Under the pieces are notes generated by a model. The model ran no database searches, was not told the origin of the DNA, and saw only the letters and a program-made list of their open reading frames with translations. A stretch of DNA of 62,111 nt, the filler included, from Hausera hauseri (Eukaryota): the NCBI GenBank assembly GCA_046269625.1. It is 11 parts of 11 records of this genome, joined end to end, with 100 filler letters (N's around TTAATTAATTAA, not from the genome) between each part and the next. Parts side by side here need not be neighbours in the genome. Positions count along the whole stretch, not along the records: positions 9,771 to 14,362 come from JBJURY010514015.1; positions 14,463 to 19,518 come from JBJURY010349601.1; positions 19,619 to 24,638 come from JBJURY010359820.1; positions 24,739 to 30,048 come from JBJURY010283394.1; 7 more parts are not named here. One strand, given 5' to 3'. Position 1 is the stretch's first letter. The number at the start of each line of letters is the position of its first letter. A program made the position numbers and the translations under genes. Positions 11,822 through 25,462 of the stretch are shown in pieces.

Positions 11822-14300
11822 TCTATTTTCTAAAAATTTTTCTTTTTCTTTGACGATTTTTATGTCTACTCTTGATGAAAATTTTACTTTTTGTAATGAT
11901 GCGTTGTGATACCATGTCTGGGATTCGCACTTTTCACAACGGAATAACCTCTGCTTTGTTTTCAGTTCAAGCTGAGTGGAAGCTCATTTGTCTGTTAAGT
12001 AAGTCGTTGACTCATAAATGCCATGGTGTGAGAAGAATGACAGTAATTTTTGAAAAATCAAAAAGATTACAACAGATAAAGAGCAAATTCTGAATCAGCT
12101 GCAAGTGATTACAGGACGTTATTGCAAATATCAATCCAGTGAGAAAAGCACGTTTTCGCAGTCGGACAATGTATAATACATTGACAGGGGAATAGCATAT
12201 TTAATTCAGTAGGGAACATCTTAACTTTGAAGTGGTAGTTAATGTTTTTTATAATTTACATGTGATTATTAGTTGTTGCTTTCTCCATAATTGTAAACGT
12301 ATCCGTTAAGATGTATTAAACCAATTTTCTAATCGTTTTTATACATAAAGCAGCTACGTCAGCAGTAAATGTGCTACTATTTTTATGCTATCTATACCTT
12401 CAATAATTTGAACGTTCTAGGATTTTAATAACATTTGGTACTTTTTTTCAACCCAATTTTTGCTTTATTTATTCGTTGGTATGCCGTAGATGTGCTATAC
12501 AACTTAAAAATCTATACCAAATAAGTTTGTGCAAGAGATATTGTTAAAATTCGTTAATAAAATAAAACAACTCAAAGTACACCATAAACCCAAATATATC
12601 CCAATAAAATTCTAACAATCCCGACTCGGAAGACCGAGAACCGATTCACAGATATTGTTTCAAAACAATTTTAAAATTGATAATAACATTTGATTTTGAT
12701 ATATTGACTGTGAAACATTTCAATGTGACACAAACTGACTGCAGATAATTTATCTTTACAAAAAAACTCTTAAATGGGCTGCACAAAAATACACACATCA
12801 AAATTAAATTGGTTAATAATTATTGATTAAACATTTAAAACACATTGTTGATTAGTATTGATGATGGATTGTTGATTTGATTGAATTCGTCTTTGATATC
12901 TGATTGTGACGATCGGAAATATTGTTGACAATAGAACATGTTTGTCCACCATGTGAAAACGATGAGATGTTCATGACGGTATGACTGACCGAAATCGTAT
13001 GGTGATGAAATTTTGTCAGTTTTGATGAGACCATATGGCCCAGTCGAATCGATTAACAAATTCCATATCGAATTGATGAATAACGGGTTCGTCGTAATTT
13101 TCATAACCGTCACTACTATCAGTTGACCTTCATTTTGGGTCGTTGTTATTGTCATCGTCACTGCTGTCGCAGCCGCTGCAGTAGTGTAGAAATGCGGGTT
13201 CTGGATTATTCCCTCTCCTCCCGGCAGCCAATACGAAGCGTGCTTGATGCGTACACAGGTATTAGATTTGTCAATTCGGCGACGGAGAGTTCAAAAATTA
13301 CCGGCAAAGGTGCACTGTGCACCTCGAAAGCAGGGGAAGTGCACGAAAAATGCGGATGTTAGAAGGAAGTAGTGCACGGTCATGTGTGGCACGTAGAAAT
13401 GATGGGACAGCAATGGCGTATCGAATGAAGAAGAAAACAAGGCGATCACATGCAACGCAGAAGCACGGGGTGGTGGAGGAAAGTGATGCAGAACCGCATA
13501 TGCTTTATGGCAATTGGAAAACGGTATCGGTGAGTGGGCACCGGTTCCGTAAAAATCGGGCGATGAGTAGCCAAACGGAACCGGAAAGAAAGGTGCACGA
13601 TGCACCTATGACGGAACAGACACCCATGTGAGAGCACTAGTGACAGAATCCAGTGTCGAGTAGTACATGAAACGAAAGCCTGTGACGAACGCTATTTGAT
13701 ACTGGTGTCCGAATGGTCATCGGTTACTGACTATGCATATGTGTGTCGGAAAATTTTAAGCATGTTCATCAACGTATAGTAAAGGAAAACGAATTTTATA
13801 CGTACACGTAAACTTTGAATACATGAACTTTTATGCGGTTTTAGACAAATACCTTTGAAAAATATCGATTATTTTTTCGGTTTTATGGACGTCTTTTAAT
13901 GTACATCTTTATATGACACATACACGCACAAAAGATTAAATGAAAGGTAATATAAGGCCATAATATAATTAAACAATATGTGTGTTGAAAACATAAAATA
14001 AAAAAACAAAATCAATTACTATTATACCGTAGATAAAACGTTTACAATGACCAAAGTAAGATTAATTTCTCCATTTGATAAATTAAAAAAAATTTAGTGT
14101 GAAACGTATGCAAAATATTGTAATAACATGCAACATGAAGATTCGAAGATGTGTCATCAGGAAATGCGAAAATATTATGAATCGAAAAAAGGATATATGT
14201 ACAGTATGTCGATCTAGAAATGACATACAATACATGGAATTTTATGCCCAACATAAGTAACATTTCAATCAACTTTAAGGTATAAGCAAAATTGGTCATT

Positions 14301-14362
<62 letters not shown>
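14301..14362 (+). repeat. (ATC)n microsatellite running into the contig end
   Basis: About 20 perfect ATC units; this is the source of the poly-Met ORF in the track. Confidence 0.97.
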
Positions 14363-14462
14363 NNNNNNNNNNNNNNNNNNNNNNNNNNNNNNNNNNNNNN
14401 NNNNNNTTAATTAATTAANNNNNNNNNNNNNNNNNNNNNNNNNNNNNNNNNNNNNNNNNNNN

Positions 14463-15791
14463 TGCTTCATCATCACGGACCAGGGTCCACAGTTTGAATC
14501 CAACCTGTTCAAATCTCTTGTTAACCGATTGGGGATCCATCACATACATACTACGCTTTATCACCCCAAATCGAATGGCCTTCTAGAACGTTTCCACCGA
14601 ACATTGAAAACGTGACTAAGAATTCTGGCAGAGTCCAACAGTAGTTGGACAAATCTTCTTCCGTTCGTTCTGCTCGGCTGGCAGAAGACTCCGTCCACTT
14701 CTACAGGATGCTCACCTACTGAAGCCTTATTCGGAGCTCCTGTCTGATCATTATTCGAATTAACCGCCCTAGATGACACTGCCACAGATGAGACTATACG
14801 AACAGCGCAAAATCACTTCGTCGAGGTCAGCAAAGATTCGTTCTGCAGGTTATTTCACAATGACAAAACATACTTATCCGAAGATTTGTATTCAGCAAAA
14901 TTCGTATGGCTGAAGAATCAAGCTCCTTGCGGTTTCCAGCCACGGTATCTGGGGCACTAAAAACTGTTACAGCTACACTCGCATAACGCCATCATTTCCA
15001 AAGACGGTAAAGACTTCAAATTACACATCACCAACTTAAAGCCCGCTTTCTTTGTCGACGACACCTTACCAACCGACACATCAACCTTTTTTTTTACTCC
15101 TCCACTCCCTGCTATCACTACATTTATTGCTACACCATTTCCACCTTCCTCTTCCGCGCCTAGTCTTGCTCCATCATTTTCTACACTTTCTACTTTTATT
15201 CCTACCACTCTTCCTATCTCCACCACTACATATTTATCATTTTCCTATTCCACTCTTTCACTCAACACAACTACAATCTCTACTCCAACCTTTTCTTCAT
15301 TTCCTTTATACACCACTACACCTTTCATCACTCCTTCATCTTCTAACACTCTTTCCAATGCCGTTAACCATCCGTCTTCAACAATCCCTCTTCTTTCTTT
15401 GTCTTCTTCTCTTTATTCTGACTCATCTTCGCAGAACACAATACCTACACCAAAATCTACCATTTTTTCCCCAACCCAAGTCTCTGCAGACAAACACATT
15501 GCATAAACACACAACACGCAGAGTCACATTCAGGCAGTATAGTAGGGAAAAATCAGTCGAAAATAGTCAACATCTTATTCACACTAAGCTCAGCTAACAC
15601 ACACTTTTCGTTTTCCGTTTTTTTCTCTCTTTCTTTAATTCTTTATAGTTCGAACTTTGCCACGGGGGGGGGCTGATGTGGTGCCTGCGTTGATCGCCGC
15701 CCTCCGGCCCATTCAGTTGGGCACGGCTGGGTTTTCCTCTGCCGGCGCGTCGGGCGCATAGGCAGGCCCCGTTTTTCTGCCTTGAAAACCA
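14463..15791 (+). mobile_element. 3' part of a CsRn1/Kabuki-type Gypsy element: degenerate integrase, S/T/P-rich tail, PPT, short GC-rich terminal segment
   Basis: [17 protein letters not shown]...[24 protein letters not shown] integrase core, homologous to 48503-49186. G9 tract at 15664-15672, then TGTGGTGC at 15677. Confidence 0.85.
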
Positions 15792-15794
15792 AAA

Positions 15795-16719
15795 TATTCA
15801 AAAATGAGTCACGAAATATTTAATTTGAATTGTATTATTCAAAGTATCCCCAGACGGTGTTACGTATACCATCAATCCGGCATCTTATGTTAACAGTAAT
15901 CATCTCAGTTATTTCAAATTCGTCGGTCGATTCGTTGCGAAAGCCATATTTGACAACAAATTACTGACGTGCTACTTTACCAGAGCATTCTACAAACATA
16001 TCCTCGGCATTCCCATTCGATACACCGATTTGGAGAAAGAAGATTATCAGTTTTTCCGCGGTCTTGAATTCCTTCTGAAAAACGACGTATCGACGATGTT
16101 CCTCGACCAGACATTTTCTATTCAGATCTCAGAATTCGGCAAAACCGAAACGAGAGAACTCGTACCGAACGGGTCCCAGATAATAGTTGTTGAAGAAAAC
16201 AAACAGGAATACGTTCGACTCGTTTGTCAGGAGAAAATGACCGGGGCCATTCGACAACAGTTGAACAGTTTTCTCGAGGGATTTTACGAGATCATTCCGA
16301 AATCTTTGATATCGATCTTCAACGAAAAAGAACTGGAACTGTTGATTTGTGGTCTTCCCGAAATCGATCTCGCCGATTTGAAGGCCAATACGGTGTACAA
16401 TAAATACACACCAGCATCACTTCAGATTCAATGGTTTTGGCAGGCACTCGAATCGTTCGACCAGGAAGATCTCGCCAGATTTATACAATTCGTTACTGGG
16501 ACGAGTAAAGTTCCGCTGGGTGGTTTTGCGAAATTGGAAGGAATGAACGGTCCAACAAAGTTCCAGATTAGTCTGGCATCAACCAGCACCAATCATTTGC
16601 CTGCCGCTCACACATGTTTCAATTCCATTGATTTGCCTCCTTATGAAAGTTTTGATAAGTTACGCAATCGGCTTCTGACAGCAGTCAGAGAATGCAGTGA
16701 AGGTTATGGAATGATTTGA
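15795..16719 (+). CDS. HUWE1: C-terminal HECT domain of a HUWE1-type E3 ubiquitin ligase (terminal exon or truncated copy)
   Basis: Frame open from 15829: [44 protein letters not shown]...[25 protein letters not shown]...[23 protein letters not shown]...ECSEGYGMI. Catalytic HTCFN is present. 15795-15830 continues the similarity in another frame. Confidence 0.9.
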
Positions 16720-17110
16720 GAACAGATTCCGATTTGCTACAACACTGACATGTGTATGTATGTTTATACTTATCAATCATCCAGAGAGCCTTGCTTCTTT
16801 ATTTGACTTACTCAGCACATTTGTATATCGATAATAAATCTGTTGCATTGTAATATTCGAATGTTGGTGTTTTGCCACTGAGTCATCATATAAATATTTT
16901 GTGAGCGTTAGCGTGAGTTTGAGTGTTTGAGTGCGTGTGATTATTTTCTCATCTATCCACTTAGTGTATTGTCGTATGTTTTGGAGTTCAACTGAAACTG
17001 TTGGTTGCGCATAATGTTTTCGTGAAAACACAATACAATGTTTCTTGAGTTTATTTATTGGGTTGCGCAATGACTTTGGTGATTTAATTTGTTAAATATT
17101 TCTTTTCATA

Positions 17111-17192
17111 CAGTGACGTACGCAGAAAAATTTCTATTTTGTGAGAGGATATTGTCTATTTACCACACAAATTTTCGTTGCGCACGCCACTG
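17111..17192. mobile_element. 82-bp hAT-like MITE
   Basis: Terminal inverted repeats CAGTGACGTACGCA / TGCGCACGCCACTG; the flanking 8-mers TTTTCATA and GTTCTATA are only an imperfect TSD. Confidence 0.55.
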
Positions 17193-17199
17193 GTTCTAT

Positions 17200-18330
17200 A
17201 CTAGGTGGATCGATTTACGAAAAAAAAACCTTTTGTAGGAATCCACGAGAAATTTCAAGTAAATCCATTAAATCAATAGAAATCTGATTTTTTAAATTCA
17301 ACAACATCCGCCATTTTACAGAAATGGATAAAATTCAAATCTGTTCGGCAATCTATTATGCTTATCTGAAGGGATTGACAGCCTACGAAATTAAAAGGGG
17401 CATGGATGAAACATTATATGAGTCTACTGCATCAGATTATACTGTTTGTTTCTGTGTTAATCAGACGAAGATCGAAGTGAACGCGCAAAAGATGTAACTA
17501 GGTCAGAAAGCATCCATGATATTGTTCTAAAAGATCGCAAAATCAAGCTCCGGGAGATAACAGGTATTACAGGCATCTAATATGACAGAATTTGGAACAT
17601 ATGCTCAATTTGCATATGAAATAGCTTGTTTCGAAATGGGTGCTGCACGTGCTCACAGTCGTTCAAAAACGCGAACAAGTAACAATTTCAGAGGCCTGTT
17701 TGAAAATATTCAGTCACTACAAAAAAATTTTGCGTCGATAAATAACTGTTGGTAAAAAGTGGATCCACCATTTCACACCGGAATCTCAAAGCTATCGGCA
17801 CAGGGGATAGAACTTGGTGAAAGTCGAGGGAAGCGTCAAAAGAAAAACAGGCTGCTGGAAAGGTTGTGGTCACAATATTCTGGGATTCCCATGGTAGTCT
17901 ACTTGCTGACTTCCTTGAAAAAGGAATAACGATAAATAGCGAGTATCACTGTACATTACTAGAAAAGCTGGATGTCGCGATGAAGGTGAAACGACCACAT
18001 TTGGGGAAGAAGAAAATTCGTTTTATGCAGGATAACCGGCCCGCGTACAAGTAGGTCAAGAGCATGCCCAAAATAAATCAGCTACGCTTCGAATTATTTA
18101 TACACCCCACTTATTCTCCAGATCTAACTCGTAGCGACTATTTCCTGTTCCCGGTATTGAAAAGATGGCTGCAAGGAAAGAGATTTTCCTAAGGTAATGA
18201 CATTATCTCTGAAACAAAGGGATATATTGAGGAACTTGACAAATGCAATAAAGGCGCTACACTAAGTGTACAGGGCTAAAAGGAGACGAAGAATAAATAA
18301 AGAAATTACCAAATAATGATTTTACTTAGT
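17200..18330 (+). mobile_element. Heavily decayed mariner transposon
   Basis: Frameshifted transposase motifs: KWVLHVLT (WVPxxL), KWIHHFTPES, AGKVVVTIFWDSHGSLLADFLEKGITINSEY, FMQDNRPAYK, HPTYSPDLTRSDYFLFP. TIRs not clearly resolved. Confidence 0.85.
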
Positions 18331-19404
18331 AAACAAGGAAGCTATATGCTAAAGGCTTATATTACTACTTATCATTTAATTACATTGACGTGCCTATGAC
18401 GTCAGCTTTTTAAGCCAATTAAGTTTACAGCTTTTCAATTTTTAACAAAATTGGAGATCTGGAGAATAATGAACTTAGCCATTTAATCTGTGTATTCCAG
18501 TTGTTAATCCTGTTAATTCGGATCATGTTTAACATTTGTTTAGAAAAGTTCATTTTGTCGAAATGTCACAACTCTCCAAACAGTTTCTCTTATATATGTG
18601 AAAGCTTTGTTACAGATCAGCAAAAAGATCTATGGCACCTGCATTCAAACAAGCATATCATCTTTATTTTAATTGCTGGTTACTTCGTGTTTGTTGCATC
18701 ACTTGCTGCGTAAATGAAAAATAAACATCAGTGTCTTCTGCAGTTCAAAAGGTTTCAATTTTGCCATCTACTTTAACGTTAGGAATACGGAGGAGTTAGT
18801 TTGGACTCAAATGAATTTTTAAATGTTTTTAGCGTTAACACTAAATGAAAAGTTGTGAGCTGGACTTTGGTTTTAACCAGTGTTTATAATAAATCTTTTA
18901 TCATCCAGCGAGTTGTGTTTCCATTGTTGCTAAAGAAATTTTCAATTGAATTTGTTCACATATTGATAAACATTTAAAATAACTTTAGGAAAGATCACAT
19001 AAAAAAATCTTCAGACTTTAGCTAATGATAACAACCTTAAATTTAATATGAAAACAGATCATGGGGGCCTGTCCCATTTTGTCTGCATTCCTGGGGTGGA
19101 AAGCATACAGAATGCCAGACTTAAGAGTGAGTGAAAACAGAGATTGGTGGCTGACAAGGAGTCACTTTACATGAATCTTTTGCAGCGACTAATGTTTTAC
19201 GGAACAATTCTCTTTTCATTAATATACTCGTAGTATCCTTACCTGCTCAATCCCGACGCCAGTATTCACTCTATGCATTTATTCAAATAAATATATGACA
19301 TTTAATATTTCAAATAAAATAAAAATTGATAAGCACCAAAAAAGACGTAACGCTGTTTTGATTCACTTATGATTGATTACTTTCAAAAATTCATCACACA
19401 TCTA

Positions 19405-19518
19405 CCCTGTGATGTGGAGTCGGGGTGGGAGTCGAAGAGTCGGAGTCGCGGCATTTTGTGGGTTGCCGGAGCCAGAGCCGGAATCGGAGTCGGAGTTGGA
19501 GTCGGAGTCGGAAATTTT
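19405..19518 (+). repeat. (GGAGTC)n-rich subterminal repeat, probably the end of a hAT-type non-autonomous element
   Basis: Degenerate GGAGTC/GGAGCC hexamer array running to the contig end. Confidence 0.5.
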
Positions 19519-20952
19519 NNNNNNNNNNNNNNNNNNNNNNNNNNNNNNNNNNNNNNNNNNNNTTAATTAATTAANNNNNNNNNNNNNNNNNNNNNNNNNN
19601 NNNNNNNNNNNNNNNNNNTTGTGATTTTGACCAGAACATCACCGCAAAAACTGTAACAGAAAAACCTAATGGATTAACGACTTTACCAATTATATCGATC
19701 ATAGGTTTGCCAACTTTGTGTTCTAAATGTTAATAGCGACTTTTCGATTAGTTACCAAAAATAGCCAGTCTAAGCGCCATAAAGTCGAAAGAAGGAACTA
19801 AGGGAATTGGAACCCCGAGACGATCCCTATGATAGAATAACCTGACAATTACAGATAGGGTTATTCTATCATCAAACAAAGAATTGGTTTTATTGTTTAT
19901 TTCGGAAAACCTATTCCGAAGTAACAGGAATCAAAAAGGAAAGCCTTATACACGGCAAAGATATTAAACAGGCTCAGGTTGAAATCAATCATTGCATATA
20001 TGGATGTATCCTCGCGGGATACCGAATCCATAAACTTGTAGAATAGTTAGATTTACCCGTAACAAGCATGATAGTAATGTGAGATGGAACCGCACCCAGT
20101 GATCACAGAGCAGGTCGGGAAAATCCTATAAAAAGAAACAGTCCACTGCCTACAGTACCGGAAGGATGCTTCAAATTAATGTTAGAAGAGGTAGGCAGTA
20201 AACATACTAAAATTAGTACTGTTATCCGCAAGCCAACGTACACAGTACTTGCGAGATATTTGCGACCTTAAAATGGGACCTCGAAAGGATTCCAGAAAAC
20301 CCGAGGTAAAACTTACAGAGTTCCACTAAACCCGAAAAACTAAGTACGAAACACAGGAGACAATATAGACCCTATTCTCCAACCAGAGTGGTTAAGACCG
20401 CAGAGCAAAGCAATTTAAGAATAACTTTTCAAAGTTCGAACGCAGCGAATTCCTCAGAAAACAAGAATACTAAACCTAGCACTAGCTACGGATTCAGCTC
20501 AAAAGCCAAAACAAATTACGAAAACCAAAAGACATCCCAGATGAAATTCAAGATACCCGAAATACCCAAGAAATATAAAGAAAGAACTCCGTTAAAAACC
20601 ACGCCAATAAGACAAAAGATAGATGAAATACCATCAACGAAGAAAAAAGTATCCCTCTACGATTATTTAATAAAAAAGAAAAATGAAAAACCAAAAGACT
20701 CAACTGTTGATTTTGTATCAATGCCCAAATTTTCTGTTTTAACATTAACACGCGTATTTCAGTACAAAATAAAACATACGTATATGGGTATCCTACCTGA
20801 CATAAACCTGCCAGGGTTTCAAATACTACAAAGAAATAAATATCTCCCCAGTTATAAATCTCGTCACAAATGTCGCTAAAATCCAACATGCGAATGTACC
20901 AATCATAAATTAACCCAGAGTAAACGCCAAGAATCAAGGAAAACTATTTGTA

Positions 20953-22133
20953 TTAGGTCTATAACTTAAAACCCGCCTTCTAGCAATAAACAGCTGTAAC
21001 TTTAACAATAGTCAAATGTTATGTTTGAATAAGACATCATTGGTACTTTTGACTTTTATCAATGATATTCAATATGTAAAATTTTGTGTTAGTGACATCA
21101 ACATAGTCTTTTACTGCGAAGAAAATGTCGGAATTTCAACCAAATAAGCAGCATTTGCAAGAAGCTTTACTTTTCTGTTACAATTTGAAGAAAACCGCTG
21201 CTGAATCTCATTGAATGCTTGGTGAAGCTTATAAGGAACTTGCTTTATCGAAAAAAACTTGGAAGGAATGGTTTCGGCGATATAAACTTGGTGAATGAAA
21301 AATCACGTTCAGGCCAGCCTAAAAAATTCGAAAGTACAGAACTGCAAGCATTGATAGATAAAGATCCAAGTCAAACACAAAGTCAACTTGCAGAAACGTT
21401 GCATGTTACTCATGCAGCCATTTGCAAGCGTTTAAAAGCCATGGGAAATGTATACAAGGAAGGAAGATGGGTACCATATGAGCTGAAAGAAAGAGACATC
21501 GAAAGATGAAAAACCATCTCCGAAATGCTGCTTGCCATATTTCGATAACTCCAAACACCGAAAAACTATTTGCGACCTAGGTCAACCATCGATATCGACG
21601 CAAAAACGAAATAATCATGAGAAGAATGCCATGCTCTGTATTTGATGGGACCAGAAGGGTGTGTTATATTAGGAGATACTTAAACCTGGTCAAACAGTCA
21701 CAGGGGATCTCTACCAACAACAAATGGTTCGTTTGAGCCAAGCATTGTACGAAAAACGACAAAATCTTGCTTCATGACAACGCTCGACGTCACGTCACTA
21801 AGGTGTTCCAGGAAACATTGGAAGCACTTCGCTGGGAAGTGCTACCCATGCGGCTTATTCACCAAACTGTGCCCCTTCCGACTACGGTTGATGACACACG
21901 CATTTGCTGAGGAACACTTCAAGTCTTATGAAAACGTTGAAAAATGGGTCTCTGACTGGATAGTCTCTAAAGATGAGTCGTTTTTCGCCGTGGGATCTGC
22001 TTATTGCCACAAAGATGGAAAAACGTCATATCTAACGATGTGCAATACTTTCATTGATGTATTTTTTTCATTGGTTCTTTAAATGGAGGCTTAATTTTTG
22101 CAAAAATAGGCGGGTTTTAAGTTATAGACCTAA
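20953..22133 (+). mobile_element. Mariner transposon (Mos1-like), both ends intact, transposase disrupted
   Basis: TA TSDs at 20951-20952 and 22134-22135; perfect TIR TTAGGTCTATAACTTAAAACCCGCC; motifs RSGQPKKFESTELQALIDKDPSQTQ, GRWVPYELKERDIER, LLHDNARRH; internal deletions and stops. Confidence 0.95.
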
Positions 22134-24738
22134 TACAAAAAATATTAACGACACGACTGATAAATAGATTATTGCAAACATTATATGGCACACTTAAAAT
22201 CGAAGAAATTTTTTTGAAATGTCAAAATTTCTCTGTTTGAAATGGGGATTTTGAAAAGTGGGAAATGATGTAATATTTGCAATATTTCGTTATTTTATAT
22301 ACATTTATAATTTCTCTGTATTTAATGATTACGGAAAAATGCTCATCCGAAATAAGATCGTTTAAGAAAATAGTGAAAATTATCTTAAAATTATTGATTT
22401 TATCCTTGCACAATATTTGAAAAGAATTTATCTCTGCAAAATATTTTATATTCAACGGTTAGATAAATACTAAATCAGAGCCATATTTTAAAACCAAAAT
22501 TTAATTATTTCGCATGAAATACTGAATACGTAATGATGAGAAAATTCTATGAACGTGTTGTGTGATAAGTTCGGCTGGTGTATATGATGTAATATGAAGT
22601 ATAAAAGTTTATAAATTGCCTACTAAGGTAATTATTACTAAGGTATATAATTACTAATATTTGTATATTGTCACCATCCATAAATTACAAATTTATCGAA
22701 TATTTTTGGACGGAATAAAGATAATATTTAATTACAAAATCCTAGTATAGAATGCAGAAGAATATTACGTGAAAGGCAGCAGGAATAAGTATTGTTCTGT
22801 ATTGTACACATGGTCACTGATCGAGTATTTTATCTTAACTTGTTTTGTCTGTAATTTATGTACTATTTCGACTTGAGCTATTTATATTCTGCTACTTTGT
22901 TGACACTTGTTTATTTATCTCAATTTTGTACTCTTCCACTTGTACGGGGTTATTATACAATTGAGGTGAAGTGGAATGTACCCAGTATTTGTTTTGTCAT
23001 TTAAAACAACTTACTTCTAGTTTCACACTGTTCAGTGACGATATTCCATGGGACTTCTTACCCTAGAGATTGACAACGTGGCATAAAAGGTTATCATTCC
23101 ATTTGTCATGTCCCAATAAAAAGTAAGAAGTGGGCAATCATTTATGCTGTTTTGTTGCTACTGAGGCTCTTATATTCTTGACTGACATACGACAGATTCT
23201 TGGACAGTCCTGATCATTAAACATTGACGAGCATACAAATTTAGTAAAATGTTTATCGAGGTTCGGTTTGATCGTTAAGTAATGCGATAAACTACAGGAT
23301 GTGACACATCCATCGGTAACGGTTTAATGATATTTTATGTAAAGGTTGATTGGTTTTCTCTCGTTTTTCGTATTCCTACTGTTCCATCTCAATATCACCA
23401 CAACTTAATAATATTGAATTTTACAGGGTGTCCGAAAGGTGCTGCACAATAACGTGATTTTGATTTGAATTTACGATAAGTTAAATGATGATATCAAACG
23501 AGATTATTCACTCAAAACATTCTGTAGGTAGTGACACAAATAATGAAACTATTTAAATGGAACAATATCAATGCATCTCGTTTGGTTTTGACGTTAAAAT
23601 TTATTTTATGTAATAGCTTTACAAAGTATACATGCATTTACGTTTAATATATTAAAAGAGAGATATTAATATCCGTTAATTTAAGACAACTAATTAGGCA
23701 ATCTGACATAAAAATGTGAGGGAAACAAATAAAAGTTTAGTTAAACCATATAAAAAATACTTACAAGCAATTTTTAACTTATGTTCAACATTCAAAGCTT
23801 TATTTGCGGCTACATGGGTGACCTCGCAGATGAACCTTGTTAAATGCATCGAACGCGACACATTGCTGATTACCAAGGTACTCATTAACTTTCCACCGTT
23901 TTCTTTATTTCCAATCTAAATTCGAGCATAACATTAAAATATCTTAGTAAATTTTGGTCTCAATAAAATAAATGCAAATTTAAAATGGCATACAATGTAA
24001 GAAGATCTGAAAAAATATTTCCTAATTATTTTCCCGAGTTTTCTTTGCCGATGTATGTCCTCCTAATATTCCATAGTGATATTGTCTTAATATTGTTGCA
24101 TGATTAACTTTAGGCAATACAAATAATAATGGGTTTGTTTTTTATAGTAAAGTATATATCCAATGGTATGAATGAAATTATCTTAATAAACTCTTGTGAT
24201 TGTAGTATACTGTGAAGTATATAAGGTAGATTGTTAAATACAACGTATTCGGCGCTGCTTATCCAGAATGTGGTCATGCAAGATGTTAACATTTGTAATG
24301 ATAGTAGTATATGCGGATTACGTTGCTACGTACAGGTTATAAGGGGTTTCGGGTGATTGTTTTCTATATCGTATTCTTCCTCATCATAGTGCTTTACTGT
24401 ACAACTTAAGACATGGCGTAACATCAGTTTGAGGTATTACTATCGGAATTTTATGTGATACGTAGTCTACATATGCTTTGATTCTTCGGGTTGAACTTGG
24501 TGTTGGATGGCATTTAATGATTGGTACGTTATATTTTACTTCTGCCCTTTTCCAATTTCCACTTATTTCTCGGAATGTAGTTAAGACTAAGGTGTACCGC
24601 TGATCGAGGTGTACGGTTAGACATGTTGAATTAGTTTCNNNNNNNNNNNNNNNNNNNNNNNNNNNNNNNNNNNNNNNNNNNNTTAATTAATTAANNNNNN
24701 NNNNNNNNNNNNNNNNNNNNNNNNNNNNNNNNNNNNNN

Positions 24739-25230
24739 AAAGACCAAGAAAACTCGATGGTAAAGCCGCAATAAGTTTGAAAAGAATCTCAAGGAAAATC
24801 CGTTCATGACTGTAAGTCTAAGAACAGCGTTGTATAGCTCTTTGTAAGGATCAGGGTGTTCGAAGAGTTGTAGAAGATTGTGTATTCGCGTTTTGATTGA
24901 ATTTGGTAAATAGTAGAAAAGACTATGGGCCCTTGGAAGAGATTCGGTGATGTTTGCATATTGGAGCCAGAGACAATGAAATTGAAGCCAGGTTTGGCTT
25001 GAGTATTGACTGTCGATAAAGAATTCAGTACAGTGGTGGCCGAAAGGGAGGCCGGGAGGTGTGACTGTACCGGCGCAGCGTAATATCGGAATAGGATTTG
25101 GATTTTCAGTGGTGTCGATCGAAGGTAGCGAGTTCATGCCGCTAAGAATTTTGAAATTGATTTGAAGGAGAAAGGAAGTCTGTCTGAAAAGGAGAAGATC
25201 ATAAAAGTTTTGGATAATGAGACCATTGTA
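24739..25230 (-). pseudogene. gag: 5' part of a CsRn1/Kabuki-type gag, cut by the contig end
   Basis: FFIDSQYSSQTWLQFHCLWLQYANITESLPRAHSLFYYLPNSIKTRIHNL...DPYKELYNAVLRLT is homologous to 52073-52750 (FFLDKTNSSLIWLQFHLQWLKANHI...TPYDMLYESVLHIT). Confidence 0.8.
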
Positions 25231-25354
25231 GGATAAGAAAAAGGTAGAAGTGCCTAGAAGGTTAGCAAGGTGGTGATAGATATGTTGTGTGTGGTATGTT
25301 CTTGCATGTGCGTGTTTTTGTTATTGAGTAAAAAATGGAAGGAAAAATAGGGGG

Positions 25355-25462
25355 TATTAGCAACAGGTGGGTTTTGTGGCGCGTGACGCAAATAAACCCG
25401 GCATTCGGACGGCACTGGCGCGACAGCTCGGCGCGCGACACTACCTCGTCGGCGTGGCAACA
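25355..25462 (+). repeat. 108-bp LTR-like segment oriented opposite to the adjacent gag
   Basis: Preceded by the purine tract GGAAGGAAAAATAGGGGG; starts TATTAGC, ends GGCAACA; AATAAA at 25391-25396; followed by TC-TGG at 25463-25467. Confidence 0.5.

Noticed and set aside
12835-13640. Cluster of overlapping short ORFs in a GC-richer patch
   Set aside because: No frame gives a recognisable protein or clear splice signals. It may be an exon or UTR, but I cannot support a call.
14042-14362. Poly-Met ORF
   Set aside because: Translation of the (ATC)n microsatellite on the minus strand.
15052-15597. 181-aa Leu/His/Phe-rich ORF resembling a membrane protein
   Set aside because: Off-frame reading of the pyrimidine-rich, S/T/P-coding tail after the Gypsy integrase; a similar tail occurs at about 48030-48480.
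19369-19570. GVGVGV and ESESES low-complexity ORFs
   Set aside because: Translation of the GGAGTC repeat running into the N spacer.
19619-20940. A-rich, strand-biased region with a 163-aa Lys/Ser/Thr-rich ORF (20388-20879)
   Set aside because: It looks like decayed retroelement interior, but no diagnostic motif was found, so it is left uncalled.
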